A stretch of 64,000 bases of DNA from Rhizaria sp. SCN 62-66 (Eukaryota): assembly GCA_001724265.1 (NCBI GenBank), contig MEDY01000087.1, positions 62,001 to 126,000 on the forward strand, written 5' to 3'. This document shows positions 26,301 through 38,449 of the stretch, piece by piece. Under the pieces are notes generated by a model, which was given only the letters and a program-made list of their open reading frames with translations, did not search any database and was not told where the DNA came from. Within the stretch, counting starts at the first letter, position 1; the number at the start of each line of letters is the position of its first letter. A program made the translations under genes and the position numbers.

Positions 26301-27461
26301 GTTGATAGCGCTACTGTCTTCGATAGCGTCGGCGGTCACGAAGCGGTCACTGATGCCGGCGTTGTTCATGTCGGCAGCAAATGCGCTGCCGTCAATGCCA
26401 ACGGCGCCGTCGAGCTCGGCGCGCCGCTGCTGCGCCGCCACCGACTCCGGCGTCGACTGCGCAGAGCCCGGGCCAGAGCCCGCGTTGGAGCTGGCGCCAG
26501 AGGTCACGCCGGAGCCGGCCGCGGAGCTTTGCGCGGAGGAGTCGGTGATGCCGGCGAATGAGCGGGCGAGGATGCGATCGTACGCGGCCAGCGGGTCGGC
26601 ACTTAGATTAGCCGCCGCGGAGGAACTGGCACCGTCCAGTCTGGAGCCGACAGCCGCGGAGCGACCAGCGTCCGTCTAGTTCGCGTAGAGAGCGGCGTAG
26701 GCGGCGGCGACGTCGTCGCGGTCACTGTCGTTGCTGTAGTGGTTATCGCTCTCTGCATCAGCGTCAGCGTCAGCGTCAGCGTGAGTGTCAGTGTAAGCAA
26801 CGTTAGCGTCTGCATCGACATCGTCGTCGTTGGTGACGTCGTCATCAGCGTCGTCATCCTCGGTGTAGGTATTGTTGCGGTCAAAATTAGTGTAGCGATC
26901 ACCAACTTGCTGCGCGGCCCCGTCTGTGCGAGCAAGAGCAGCGTCAACGATCGCATCTGCAGCAGCTGCCGCGAGGGCGTCAGTCGCAGAGTCAGTGTAG
27001 ACATCGGGGTTAGCAACGTGCGTCCTGTAGTCAACGACGTCATCCTCCTCGCTGATCGCGTCAGGGCCGTGCATGCCGCTGCCAGAGAACGCTGACGCGA
27101 AGCCAGGCGCGGCGGCCGAGGCTGGGGCGGAGGATAGCATGCGCGCGGCGGTGGCGGCGGCGGCGGCGTCGGGTGACAGGATGTGCGGCAGCGGCAGCGC
27201 GTCGGAGGGGGAGAAGAGGCGCCGCGAGGTGTCGGCTGAGTGGGCAAACGAGGACTCTGCCGTGCTGGGTGAGACGAAGGGCTGGAAAGCAGACGCGGCA
27301 GGGCGGGACGCGGCGGCGCGGTGAGGGGGGGTGAACGGAGCCATATCACCTGTCGTGGCCACTGCAGGGGCGCGAACGCGGTCAACCGCGGCCGAGGAAC
27401 CGGGATGAGGGTACGTCCCGGGTGGGTCGGAGTGACTGCCCGGGGCGCGTGGGTCGCTCAT
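17337..27461 (-). CDS. Giant Ala/Glu-rich coiled-coil protein, ~3374 aa if the single in-frame TAG at 26676-26678 is read as sense
   Basis: ORF 26676..27461 (ATG start) and ORF 17337..26507 are in the same frame, and the 168 nt between them is open. Long heptad-like A/E/R segments flank a Thr/Ala-rich region with TQT-like motifs. Stop is TAA. Confidence 0.8.
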
Positions 27462-27852
27462 TGTTGGCGAGTCAATCCCAAGACGTGGGACGTGTGTGCA
27501 GGTGGGAGGGGTTCGAACTGGACTAGGGAGGCGCGAATGGTTTTGAAGACAAGGTCAGGCAAAGGTGATATCGGATATTAAGAAGATTTAAAAAGCAGAA
27601 TCCGTATAGTAATACTCAAACACTTATTGGATTCAAACTATTTCAAATTACACGATCATATCGTTCGTATTTTTATGTTTGAAGACAGGCGCCAAAGTGG
27701 CTCGTTCAGCTGCAGTCGGCGATCGCCAGCCGCTCGGTTCGCAAAAAGTCGGTGGGGCCGGGCGCAAAGCGGTCAAGAGGTTTCCGCAAGAATGAAAGCG
27801 TTCGTTCAAACGTCCGTCAACAGGTCTTTCGTACTCGAAAGTTTGTTTTCCC

Positions 27853-30383
27853 ATGTCGGAAGTATTTCGCAATAAGAAGTCGCGTCGCCTTGAAGGCAAC
27901 GCCGTGTTGGAGCGCGTGGCTAAGGCGCCCCGCTCGGCCGAGTCTGAGCAGGCCCCACAGGCGTCGGCCCGCCAGGCGCGCCAGACCGAGATCGACGGTT
28001 TCCGCGCCCACATCCGCACCATGGACACTGAGCTGTTCGAGAGCAAGAAGCACATGAACCACGTGGTGGCGCTGCTCAAGTACCTGTCTGTGCGCTCCGA
28101 GGAGAACCCCGACGGGTTCCCTGTGGCCACGATCATCTCGGCCTCGCAGGTGCTGCGCCGCTTCTTCGTGCTCTACCTCCGCCGCAACGAGTTCTCGCTC
28201 TACTCAGCCTCGCAGCGCCACCAGGCCGAGCTCAACAAGAGCGCCGTGGGCAAGATCCAGGAGTGGCTGGCCACACAGCTGAAGAAGTACGTCGCCGCGA
28301 TGCTCGCTTTCGTCGCCTTCGCGCAGCGCGACGACGTCCCCAACGCGCTCCAGATCGCCGCGATCGACTCCGTCATTGACGTCGCCATCGTCGCCGCCGG
28401 CACCGACACCCAGGCGCTCTCTGCGCTCGACGCCTACGCCCCCCTGCCTCAGGTACGTCACATATCCGTCACATATACCACATATCGGTAACATATCCAC
28501 TTTCTCGCATCCAACTCGTGTGCTTTGCTTATGTTTGACAGATTCTTTTCACGGAGTTAAGATCTCACCTTGTATTGTCTTCTCTTTTTTTCTGTGTGTT
28601 TGCTCTGCGCAGCTCCTGATTGCGATTGCGGCCGAGCCGCAGCGCCCCACCGAGGTGACGGCGCACTTCACCGTCTCCTGGCTGGACCGCTACGACGACC
28701 TGCGCGTGGCGGTCCTGCGCGCGCTCTACAAGCTCGTCGCGGGCGGCGGCGTCGCGCACGAGGCCTTCGCCGCGATCCCCGTCGTCACTGCGCTCAGTGA
28801 CGCCGGCGCGCTCTCGGCGCCCGCGATCCACGAGAACGTATTCGCGTTGCTCTGCGACGTCAAGCCCAACCACCTCAGCAACGCCGTGTGCGTGCCCGCC
28901 GCCAAGCCCGTCAAGCCGGCCGACGCGCTCGCCCGGCAGAAGAAGTTTTTGTCTGACGCCTGGCTGGCGCTGCTGAAGCACCCGTTCTCGGCTGAGGGCT
29001 ACAAGCGCGTGCTGCTGGCCGCCGAGACGGTGATCATCCCGGCCGTGCAGAACCCCGTGGCGCTGGCCGACTTTCTCACCGACTCGTACAACCTGGGCGG
29101 CATCGCCTCGGTGCTCGCGCTGGGCGGGCTCTTTGTGCTCATCACAAAGCACAGCCTCGAGTACCCCAACTTCTTTCCCAAGCTCTACTCGGTCTGCGAC
29201 ATCACCGCCGTCACGGCTAGGTACCGCACGCGCTTCTTCTCCCTCATCTCGCTCGTGCTCTCAGGCTCCTACCTACCCAGCTACCTCGTCGCCGCCTTTG
29301 CCAAGCGCCTCTGCCGCCTCTCGCTGCTCGCGCCGCCGCCTGCCGCGACGTTCGTGCTGGCGCTGGTATTCAACCTCATCCGCAAGCACCCCATGATCTC
29401 GTCCCTGGTCAACCGCTCCATGGTCGTGCAGCGCGGCAACCTCAAGCCGTCACTCATGCCCGCGGCCGAGTTCGGCAAGCTCTACCGCCTCGACGGCAGC
29501 CACACCGTGGTAGACAACAGCGCCGAGGCCCAGGACTCGCACGAAGACGTCTCGGGCCAGGGCGCCGCCGCCGCCGCCGCCGAGGCCGAGGCCAGCAAGC
29601 AGGCTGCGCGCCCCATGTCGCTCTTCGCGGCGATCGACCGCGCGTCGGGCGCGGCGGCGGCCACGTCGCAGGCCGTTGCGGCGACATCGGCGGCGTCGGC
29701 CGCGCTCGGCGGGCTTATCCTCGGGTCCGGCAACACCATCCAGGTACGTTTGAACCCAAAATATCCCAATAACACACTCTATTTAATTTCATGATGTGTG
29801 ATTACATCTCACTGTGTTTCTGTCTATTCTATTTTCTGCTGTTCTCGCCTCCTCCTCGCAGGCGACTTCGATCGAGATCGGCAAGATCGTCAACTCTGCG
29901 CCCCTGCTGGTCAAGTCCGCGGCGACGGCGACGGAAGACGGGATGTTCGAGAACCACGACGGCGTGCAGGTGACTCTGGACGCCGAGGCCTGGCTCGAAG
30001 GCAAGGACCCATTCGTGGAGTTCACCAATGACCCCGCGGCGGCGTGCGCACTGCAGTCGTCGCTGCTCGAGATCCAGGCGCTCTGCGAGCATTACTGCCC
30101 CGACGTCGCGCGCCTCGCCAAGATGTTCTTCGCCGAGACGGCGCCTAAGGTCGGCCACGATATTGCGCTCTTCACCAGCCACTCGTACGCCAACATCTTC
30201 GAGTACGAGATCATGCACAAGAAGAACCGCATCGTTCCTAAGGCCTTCGAGAAGCCCATCACGCTGCTCGGCCGCAGCGCGCGCCCGCTGACGGCGGACG
30301 AGAAGTTCGACGACGAGGCGCGCGCGCGCGTTGCCGCGATCAACAAGATGCCCGGCGTGCTTGAGACCATCTTCTCAGCTTGA
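27853..30383 (+). CDS. NOC4: Nucleolar complex protein 4 (CBF/Mak21 domain), 750 aa, 3 exons (27853-28452, 28613-29743, 29862-30383)
   Basis: DFLTDSYNLGGIASVLALGGLFVLITKHSLEYPNFFPKLY, RYRTRFF, YLPSYLVAAFAKRLCRL and ALQSSLLEIQALCEHYCPDVARLAKMF match Noc4. Two phase-0 GTACGT..CAG introns. Stop is TGA. Confidence 0.92.
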
Positions 30384-30789
30384 GCAATGCAAAATGTACT
30401 CTCGTCTGCAGATGAAGAACAGTATCTCTTGTGTGTGAGGCCGAAAGAAGTGCTATCCGGGCCAGTTGATCATATCATTAAGTAAAATTGTACACTTGTT
30501 CCGTAGAATTTTAAGGAGTGCCAATAAAAAGGAAACATAAATTTATTATTCGCTCTAACGTTTAGAACTTGTAACGTATGTTGTCGCTGACTAGAGGATG
30601 ACGGCACATAAAAGAAAACGAAACTACGAAAGAAACGTGATATTACAGCACTAACTTGATTGTTAACTTGTACACATGACTAGTTGTGTTGTTAAATTTG
30701 ATACATGATGGTTGTTACGCTATGTAAGACGCGAGAAAAGTCTGACACTAAACTCCAACGCCGCAAACAAAGATACGGATGTGTGTGGT

Positions 30790-30795
30790 GATGAC

Positions 30796-30830
<35 letters not shown>

Positions 30831-30847
30831 CGATGACGATGACGATG
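30790..30847. repeat. (GAT)n microsatellite with GAC interruptions
   Basis: gatgacgatgatgat...gatgacgatgacgatgacgatg in non-coding sequence between two convergent genes. Confidence 0.9.
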
Positions 30848-31481
30848 GTGAGGTGTGAATGAGAGAATAACAAAAGGGAATGGCGTTGCGTGACATGTGA
30901 AAACGTCCAAGATCTTGGTGCAAATGACACGATGGCAGGTCTTCGCAATGTTACACGCAAAGTAAACGGATAAAAGAGACAGCACAAACAGTCAAAAGAT
31001 CCTTAGATACATTGAATATTGCACCAGCAGTAGCAACTAAGGCTCAGTTAGGTCATTCATTTGACTGAGCTATAGGTATGACACCACTGCTAGTGCATAC
31101 GCGGAAAACTAACGAAAAACTGTCACGTGCAGAGGGTACAGAGACAAAAGTGAGATGGGCGGAAATATACAGGGAAGGAGCTCAAAGAAACAACAACAAA
31201 AAAAGACAGAGGTTTCGCGACGTTACAAACAAACTTGAATAACAAAAGGCGAGTAAGCAAAGCGACGTTAGACAAACGTGAACGCGTACGACAGAGAGTC
31301 CGTAGCACGACTTGAAATGGGAGATAAACAGCTGTGACTAAGATTATCTACAGACAAAAATAACTAATATACTGCAATAACACACCAAATACAAGATACG
31401 AATTTCTAAACCGAAACCTAAAGCTTAAATATCCACTAAATAACATCCTAGGGCATTAGTACTGAAAGTAGTGATGCTGAC

Positions 31482-33122
31482 TCAAAGCAGCGTGAACTCC
31501 GGCAGCGGCGACTGCAGCAGCTTGGTGTGCACGTCCTGCGGCGCCAACCGCTGGCTCTTGGGCGGGGTCTGGGTGCCGGTGAGCAGCAGCTGGGCCGGGG
31601 CGGCGGCCAGGGCCGGGATGAGCGCCGGCACGGGCAGCGGGGCCAGCAGCGTCGTCGACGGCGCGTTGAGCGACACGCGGCGCTGACTCTGATTCTGGCG
31701 TTGGCCCGAGCTCGCGATATCGAGCGGAACAATGGCGGCATCAGTCGCATCAGACGCGAAGCTGTTTAGAGCGAAGCGCGGACTGCTACCGTGGCCGTGG
31801 CTGAGGCTGAGGCTGTGGTCGTGGTCGTGACTGCTGTTGCGCTGCTGGTGTGTACTGGCACTGCGCGCCGGGCTGTAGGTCGCAGAGGTCGCCGGCGAGC
31901 CGAAGCGCGACACCGGCAGCACCGCGGTTCTCGCGGCTGAGTGCGCCGAGTGCGCGGGGGTCGCTGCGGGCGCAGCGGCGCCGGCGGCGAGGCCCGGGAC
32001 CAGGGGGGCCGTGTACACAGACTGCTGCTGGTGGTGGTGATGCGGGTAGCCGCTGTTCGCGCTTGACTGCAGTCTAGAGAGGCTCTGTTGCGCGGCGGTG
32101 CTGTTGTAGCCGAAGCCGCCGCCGACTGCGCCGCCACTGACGGCGCTGCCGTTGGCGTAGGTGCTCACGGTCGTGACCGTGGGCAGCGGGGCCGGGGCGG
32201 AGAGCGGGAACAGCGGCACCAAGGCCACGGACGCGGGCGCAGCGGACGCATTGGCGGTGTGGAAGGACGGCGAAAACGAAGCACGTTGTTGCTGCTGTTG
32301 CTGTTGAGGGAAGAGCTGCGAGTGCTGATGCTGTTGTTGCTGAGCAGCACCAAAGCCGAACAGTGACAAGGATGACGCAGGCGGTGTGAACACGTTAGCC
32401 GAGTTGAAGCTCTTCCGCGTGGCTCCCGTCGCAGTCGTCGACCCGAGCGTGCGGGTGACGTTGCTGGCAGACAGAGACGCGCCGAACGCGTTCACGGCGC
32501 TCGCGCTCCAGACGCCGCCCGCAAACGCGCCGAGGCTGCCGCGGCTGCCAAAGACGGCGCCGTGGCCGCTGAAAACGAACGCGGGGGCCGTGGGAGAGCT
32601 CGCGTGCGCAGTTATGCTCGTAAGGGTGGAGGTGGAGCGGAAGCGCACCGAGGGCAGCTCGACGGGGGAGCTAAAACCCAGCCGCCGGGGCCACTGGGAG
32701 CTCAACACAGGGCTCGGAGGCAGCATGAACGAGGGACGGAAGGTGCCAAAGGGGCCCGGCACCGCGGCGCCCGCGGCCGCGGCGGCGGAGGCGGCGAGCG
32801 TGAAGCTGAGGCGGCGGCAGCGCATGTGGAGCGAGTCGGCACGCGGGGACAGCGGTGGCGACGCGTAGGACACCGAGACCTAACGGTGTTGTGCCTGCGC
32901 ATGACCATATGTGTGCAGCGTGGGGGCCGAGAGCTGGGCGTAGAAGCTGGGCAGCACTGGCGAGGTGTAGTAATGGCTCCGGGCGCGGATGACCACGGTG
33001 ATAAACTTGCCGAGGTTGCGGCGTGCGCGGCGCATCGCGAGCTTGGAGTTGGCCAGACGACGCAACGGCTCATCGGCGAGCGCGCGGCGCGTGCAGGACG
33101 CAACGCACCGCTGGCGGGCCAT
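31482..33122 (-). CDS. Uncharacterised Ser/Ala/Pro/Gln-rich protein, ~546 aa, with one in-frame TAG at 32880-32882
   Basis: ATG-initiated ORF 32880..33122 ends in TAG and continues in frame (GTC TCG GTG...) into ORF 31482..32873, which the track opens at a GTG. Stop is TGA. Confidence 0.65.
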
Positions 33123-34030
33123 GTGGCAAAAGCGTAGAGACGCGGGTGAACGAGGGCGGCGCGGCGCGGAACGACGGAGAAGTGGTGACGTCGCCTGTCG
33201 GGCTTTCTCGAGTCACTCTCAGAGGAGCTGTACTGACACAAAACGACATTAAAAAGAAGTGCATATAGATTGAATGAATAATGTGTTTAAAAATGATTGG
33301 CATAGACTGTGTTATATGCAAAAATAAGGAAGGCTCACGGCGTATGTCAGTGCCGAGAGAGACACACAACGTTGACCACCGAACGTGAGGTCGAAAGGAG
33401 ACAAATGTTCTCGATATACACTCCACCGTCGTCCCCAAGTTGTCTCATTCGCGCATTATGCAGCTTTAACTACCAAACCATATGCTGCCAAATTGATAGT
33501 CATATGCGCGCCTACTGAAGCCATAAGCGCGCCGCGGTCTGGAGCGCTCAGCCCTCCTTGACCTTGGAGTCAGACAGTTGCCAAGTGGAGAGAGGCCGAC
33601 CGACTCGCCAGAGTCCAGTCAGCCAGTTTGACTGGGAAATCAAGCCGCGAGTGTGGGTCAAATCTCGCTCACTCGCCCCGAGCTGACCGAGAGCGGGCTC
33701 AAGGCAGAGAGGGCGGCCAGACGCACTTGATGCGGACCTGGGTGTTTGGCGCTGCTAATTTGGTATCTTTTCGCCGGATTTCAATTCAGCGCATTGTGAT
33801 CTCAATGTATTAGCTCGTGGTGTACTAGTGTGCATCTTTATATCTTTCTCGATGTGCTGTATTGGCGTCAATCTAGACTGCAAATGCGCGTTGTCCATGA
33901 TTGGGGCCTGCGTCACCCCTCGCTTCGCTTTTGCCTTAGCGCACAGAGCCCGTCGCATTGCCCAGTCTTCTCACCCTGCCCTTCGTCTTGTTCCGCTAAT
34001 TTTATAGCCCCGCGAGCTTACTCTGCGTGC

Positions 34031-35090
34031 ATGAATCCCTCTTCTGGTCTCCACTTGTACGGGACCAGCTTGCAGGATTCGTCTGCAACAGCTGCGCAGC
34101 TGCGGTCGTCCTCCTCCCCTTCCGTCGCCCTCTCCTCCTCCACCGGCTCCTCCGCGCTCATCTCCGCTACCCCGGCCTCGGCGGACATCGCAGATGCCGG
34201 TCTCTTCACCGCGCGCGCCGCTGGGCTGGAGGACCCGATCAACAAGACCCCTTCGCTGACCTCTGACCGCAACCCAGCGTGGTCGTCGTCCTTCGCCGAC
34301 TCGTCCTCTGTCGGCCCCCTCGGCTCGCGCTTCGGGTTCTACTCCGACTCGACCGCGCTCGGCGCCTCGGCGGCCTCGGCCACGGGCGCGTCGGCCGTCG
34401 CGCGCCCCGGCGACGCCGGCGCCACCGACGCTTTCTCCGCGCCGCTGTCCTCTGCACTCTTCAACTTCACCGGACTCGGCTTCTCCGCACTCGACTCGTT
34501 CCCATCAGCGTCCTCCGTTGCCGCCACGGGCGCCATCGCATCAACAGGCCCCGGCGTTGCGAGCTCCCCCGCCGACGCCGCGGGCAAGTCCGCCGCCGGC
34601 TCCGTTCTGGGCTCCGACGTCGCCGTCGCTGGTTGGGACTCCCTCCGCCCCCTCTGGGGCCAATCCCAGTCCGCCTCCGCGCCCTCGGCCTCCGCTTCCG
34701 GCGCGAGCTCCAACACCGGCGCCGGCAGCGGCGACGTGCGCTACGGTGGCAACGGCGGCTACGGTGGCAGCGGCAGCGGCTACGGCGGCCTCGGCCTGGG
34801 TGGCGGCAACAGCGGCTACGGCCACGGCCACGGTCACGGCCACGGCCACGGCGGCATGGACTCGGGCTACGGCGGCCACGGCCACCAGCAGCAGCACCAG
34901 CACTACGGCATGTCCGGCGGGAACAACAACAACAACAATAACAACAACACCAGTCACCACAGCGGCGGCCGCGGCTACGGCAACCAGAACAATAGTGGCT
35001 ACAACACCAACAATAACAACAGCGGCGGCTACGGCGGCCACCGCAACAACAACAGCGGTGGCGGCAACTACCGCAACAACCACCATGGCC

Positions 35091-35126
<36 letters not shown>

Positions 35127-38100
35127 TGGGAGGCTACGGGAACAACAATAACGACGGTTACGGCCACCACGGCGGCCACGGCGGCGGCCACGGCGGGAAC
35201 CAGCGCCACCACAACCACCACGGCCACCACGGCCACGGCCAGGGCCAGGGCGCGCTCGGCGGCGGCATGGGCGGCGGCTACGGCGGCGGCAACATGCTCC
35301 GCGGCGATCGCGGCGACCGTGGCGACCGCAACAACAGCAACAACAACAGCAACAGCGGTAACAACAACGGCGCCAACTCGCTCGGCGGCGGCATGTCATC
35401 CGCCTCCGATTCGGCCGCCGCGGGCCCCGGCGGCGCCAACTCGAGCGTGCCCCCCGCCGGCGGGCTTCCGGCCTCGCTCCTGGCGCAGCTCGGCATCCCG
35501 CCCGCCGTCGTCCTCGGCCTCCAGGTTCGTGCAAATGCCCCAAAACAGATCTAGCTCAGTCCTATTACGCATTCTTAGAATCACTGTAATGTGTTTCAAT
35601 TCATTGGCTTAATTTGTACCTGCAATACCAAATTGATCTATCTCCCTCACATGTTGATCTACATTTATTATTTTTCTGTTTCTGTTCTTCAGGCTCTCAA
35701 CTCGTCCGTGTCGTCGTCGGACGCGGTGCTGGAGCACGTAATGGCCTCTTGCATGGCCAAGTTCCGCCACGAGCTGCCCGCCGCCGACCTCATGGCGCGC
35801 TCGCAGCAACAGTTCCGCGCGAACCTGCACCACCTGCCGCCGCACCTGTCGCCAATCCCGACGCGGATGAGTCACACGCCGTTCCCTCCGCCGACGCCGG
35901 AGTCCGAGTCGTTCGAGGTGACCCACGGCCACAACGCCGAGGCGCCGCTGCCGACCATCCCGGCGCTCACGGCCGCCGCGGCCGCCGCGTCCTCCGCCGC
36001 CGCGGCGTCGGGCGTGGCCGGGGCCGGTGGCGCGGCGACGGTGGGCACGCCCCAGCCGCCGCCGCCGGGCCTCATGGTGCTGAGCGAGATGTGCAAGACG
36101 CAGATGGGTTCACGGTCGATCCAGAACCAGCTGCTCGAAGGCGACCCCACGTTCGTGGACTTCGTGCTGCGCGAGACGTTCGAGACTCTGTCGGACCTGA
36201 TGTACAACCTCTTCGGCAACTACTTGGTGCAGTCGCTAATCACTCTGTGCACGCCGCCGCAGCGCATGCGCATCGTGGCGCACATCGCGCCGTCGCTGAT
36301 GCCGCTGGCATGCGACAAGCAGGGCACGCGTGCCGTGCAGAAGCTCGTCGAGTGCGCGTCGACTCCCGTGGAGCGCGCCGTCATCCTCGACGCGCTGCTG
36401 GGCGGCACCGCGGCCATGGACGTCGCGGCCAGCGAGATGATGCTCGCTAAGTGCATCTACACGCAGGGCGCCATGCGCTTCCTGCGTCACGCCGACCGTC
36501 CACTGCTGCCCCCCCGCGGCGGCGTCCCCGTCCTGGGCACGCCCTCGCTGTGCCTGGGCTCGATGGAGCACTCGCCTGCGGCGCTGCGGCTCATGCATGA
36601 CGTCAACGGCTGGCACGTGATCAATGTTGCGCTTGAGTTCTTCCCGCTGCGCATCCTCATCACGTCGGGCATCATCGACACGCTCTACTCGGTCACGCGC
36701 GCGCTGTCATCTGACCAGCACGGCGTCGTGCTGCTCAAGAAGGCGCTCACGGTCACGCCCTCGTTCATGTACGTGGCATTCGCGCAAAGCATCATCATCG
36801 ACGCGCCCACGCTCGCCAACAACCAGTTCGGCAACTACCTCATCCAGCACCTGGTCGAGCGCGCGGCGGGCCTCAACGAGGTCAGCAACGCGCTCAACGC
36901 GCGCCTCAAGGACGACATCGCGGCCGCCGAGGCCAACGCGGCCGCGGGCATCGACGAGGACGCCGACGACGACGCCGCGGCGGCCGGCGCCGCGCTGCCC
37001 AGCCTGACCACGCCCTCGGCCGTGCCGCCGATGACTGCGGCGTCGGTTGCCGTCTCGCCCGCGCTCAACAAGCGGCCCGTGCCTGCCACGGCTGCGTCGG
37101 CTCACCTGCCGCGCTCGACGGGCAACATCGACGTCGACACGGCCAACCTTCAGGTCGCGGCCACGCTCGAGGCGCTGGCGTCCCTGCCAGCAGCGGACCG
37201 TGACCGCTACTACCAGATCAACACGGCGCTGGCGCAGGCCTTCCGCGGCTGCGTGCACACCCTGTCATGCCAGAAGTTCGCCTCCAAGGTCATCGAGCGC
37301 TGCCTCCGCGTGGGCGCGCCCGAGCTGCGCAACCCGATTGTGGCGGAGCTCGTGGCCGACCCGCAGGCGTTCATGACGCTCGTGCAGGACCCCAGCGGCG
37401 GCTTCGTGATCCAAAACGTGCTCAAAGTGGCTGACCTGGACCACGCCATGCACGCCGCGACGATCCTGCTGCAGCACATTCCGGCGCTGCCTCGCACCTC
37501 GCGGAAGCGCTGGGAGAAGCACATCGAGATGGTGCGCGTGCGTCTCTCGCTCGCGCAGGTCGCCAGCAAGAACGCCGCCGCCGCCGGGGGCGCGGGCGCC
37601 GCTGCCGCTGGCAACATCCCCGGCGCCGATGCCATCGCCTCGCTCGACGCGGCGGCCGCGGCGGCGGGCTTCGACGCCTCCTCGCCCCAGTCGACCAGCA
37701 GCTCGGACAGCAGCGCCGGCGCCGGTCACAGCGGCCACGGTCACGGACACGGACACGGCGGCCACAGTCATGGTCACGGTCACAGTGGTCACGGCCACGG
37801 CGGCCACGGGCGCTACCAGGGCGGCAACAGCAACAGCGGCAGTGGCCAACAGCAGCAGCTGTCGCTCGCATCGTACGGCCACGGCCCCTCGAGCCTGATG
37901 CTTGCGCAGCAGCAGCAACAGCAGCAGCAGCACCACGGCGGCGGCGGCCACAGCGGGCACCACGGTCACAGCCACCACGGCGGCGGCAGCCACAGCCACC
38001 ACAACCACCACGGCCCGCGCCACAATATGAACGGCGGCGGCGGCATGATGCACAACAGCGGCGGCAGCTACGGCAACCGCTCCGGCCTGGACGCGCACAT

Positions 38101-38449
38101 GTCTTCGCTCAGCCTCAGCGCGCAGCCGGCCTCCGCGGCCTCCTCCTCGGCCTCCGCCGGGTCCGCGGCCGGCGCCGGCGCCGCCGCGCCCCCCACCGCG
38201 GCCGCAGCCGTGCGCGCAGCCACCAGCGGCGGCCGCAGCAACGGCGCCGCGGGCGCGCACAGCGGGCAGAACCGCGCCGGCGGCGCCGCAGGCTCCCACT
38301 CGCACCGCGGCGGCAGCGCCGGCGGCAGTGGCGGCCGCGGCGGCCGCGGCGGCGCCCCCGCGACGGGCGCGGCCGCTGGCGGCAACAACAACGGCAACTC
38401 GGCCGCCTCGACGCTGGCCCCGTACCCGACCTCGGCGCGCCAGAACTAA
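34031..38449 (+). CDS. Pumilio/PUF RNA-binding protein with a prion-like Gly/Asn/His-rich N-terminal region, ~1416 aa, 2 exons (34031-35524, 35693-38449)
   Basis: Eight PUF-like repeats: KTQMGSRSIQ, NLFGNYLVQ, DKQGTRAVQ, DVNGWHVIN, DQHGVVLLK, NQFGNYLIQ, QKFASKVIE, DPSGGFVIQ. Phase-0 intron of 168 nt (GTTCGT..CAG). Stop is TAA. Confidence 0.9.
35090..35125 (+). repeat. (AAC)n coding microsatellite (poly-Asn) in the PUF gene
   Basis: Pure AAC run encoding a poly-N tract. Confidence 0.85.

Noticed and set aside
30692-30987. Poly-His, poly-Ser or poly-Ile ORFs
   Set aside because: They are translations of the (GAT)n microsatellite in non-coding DNA.
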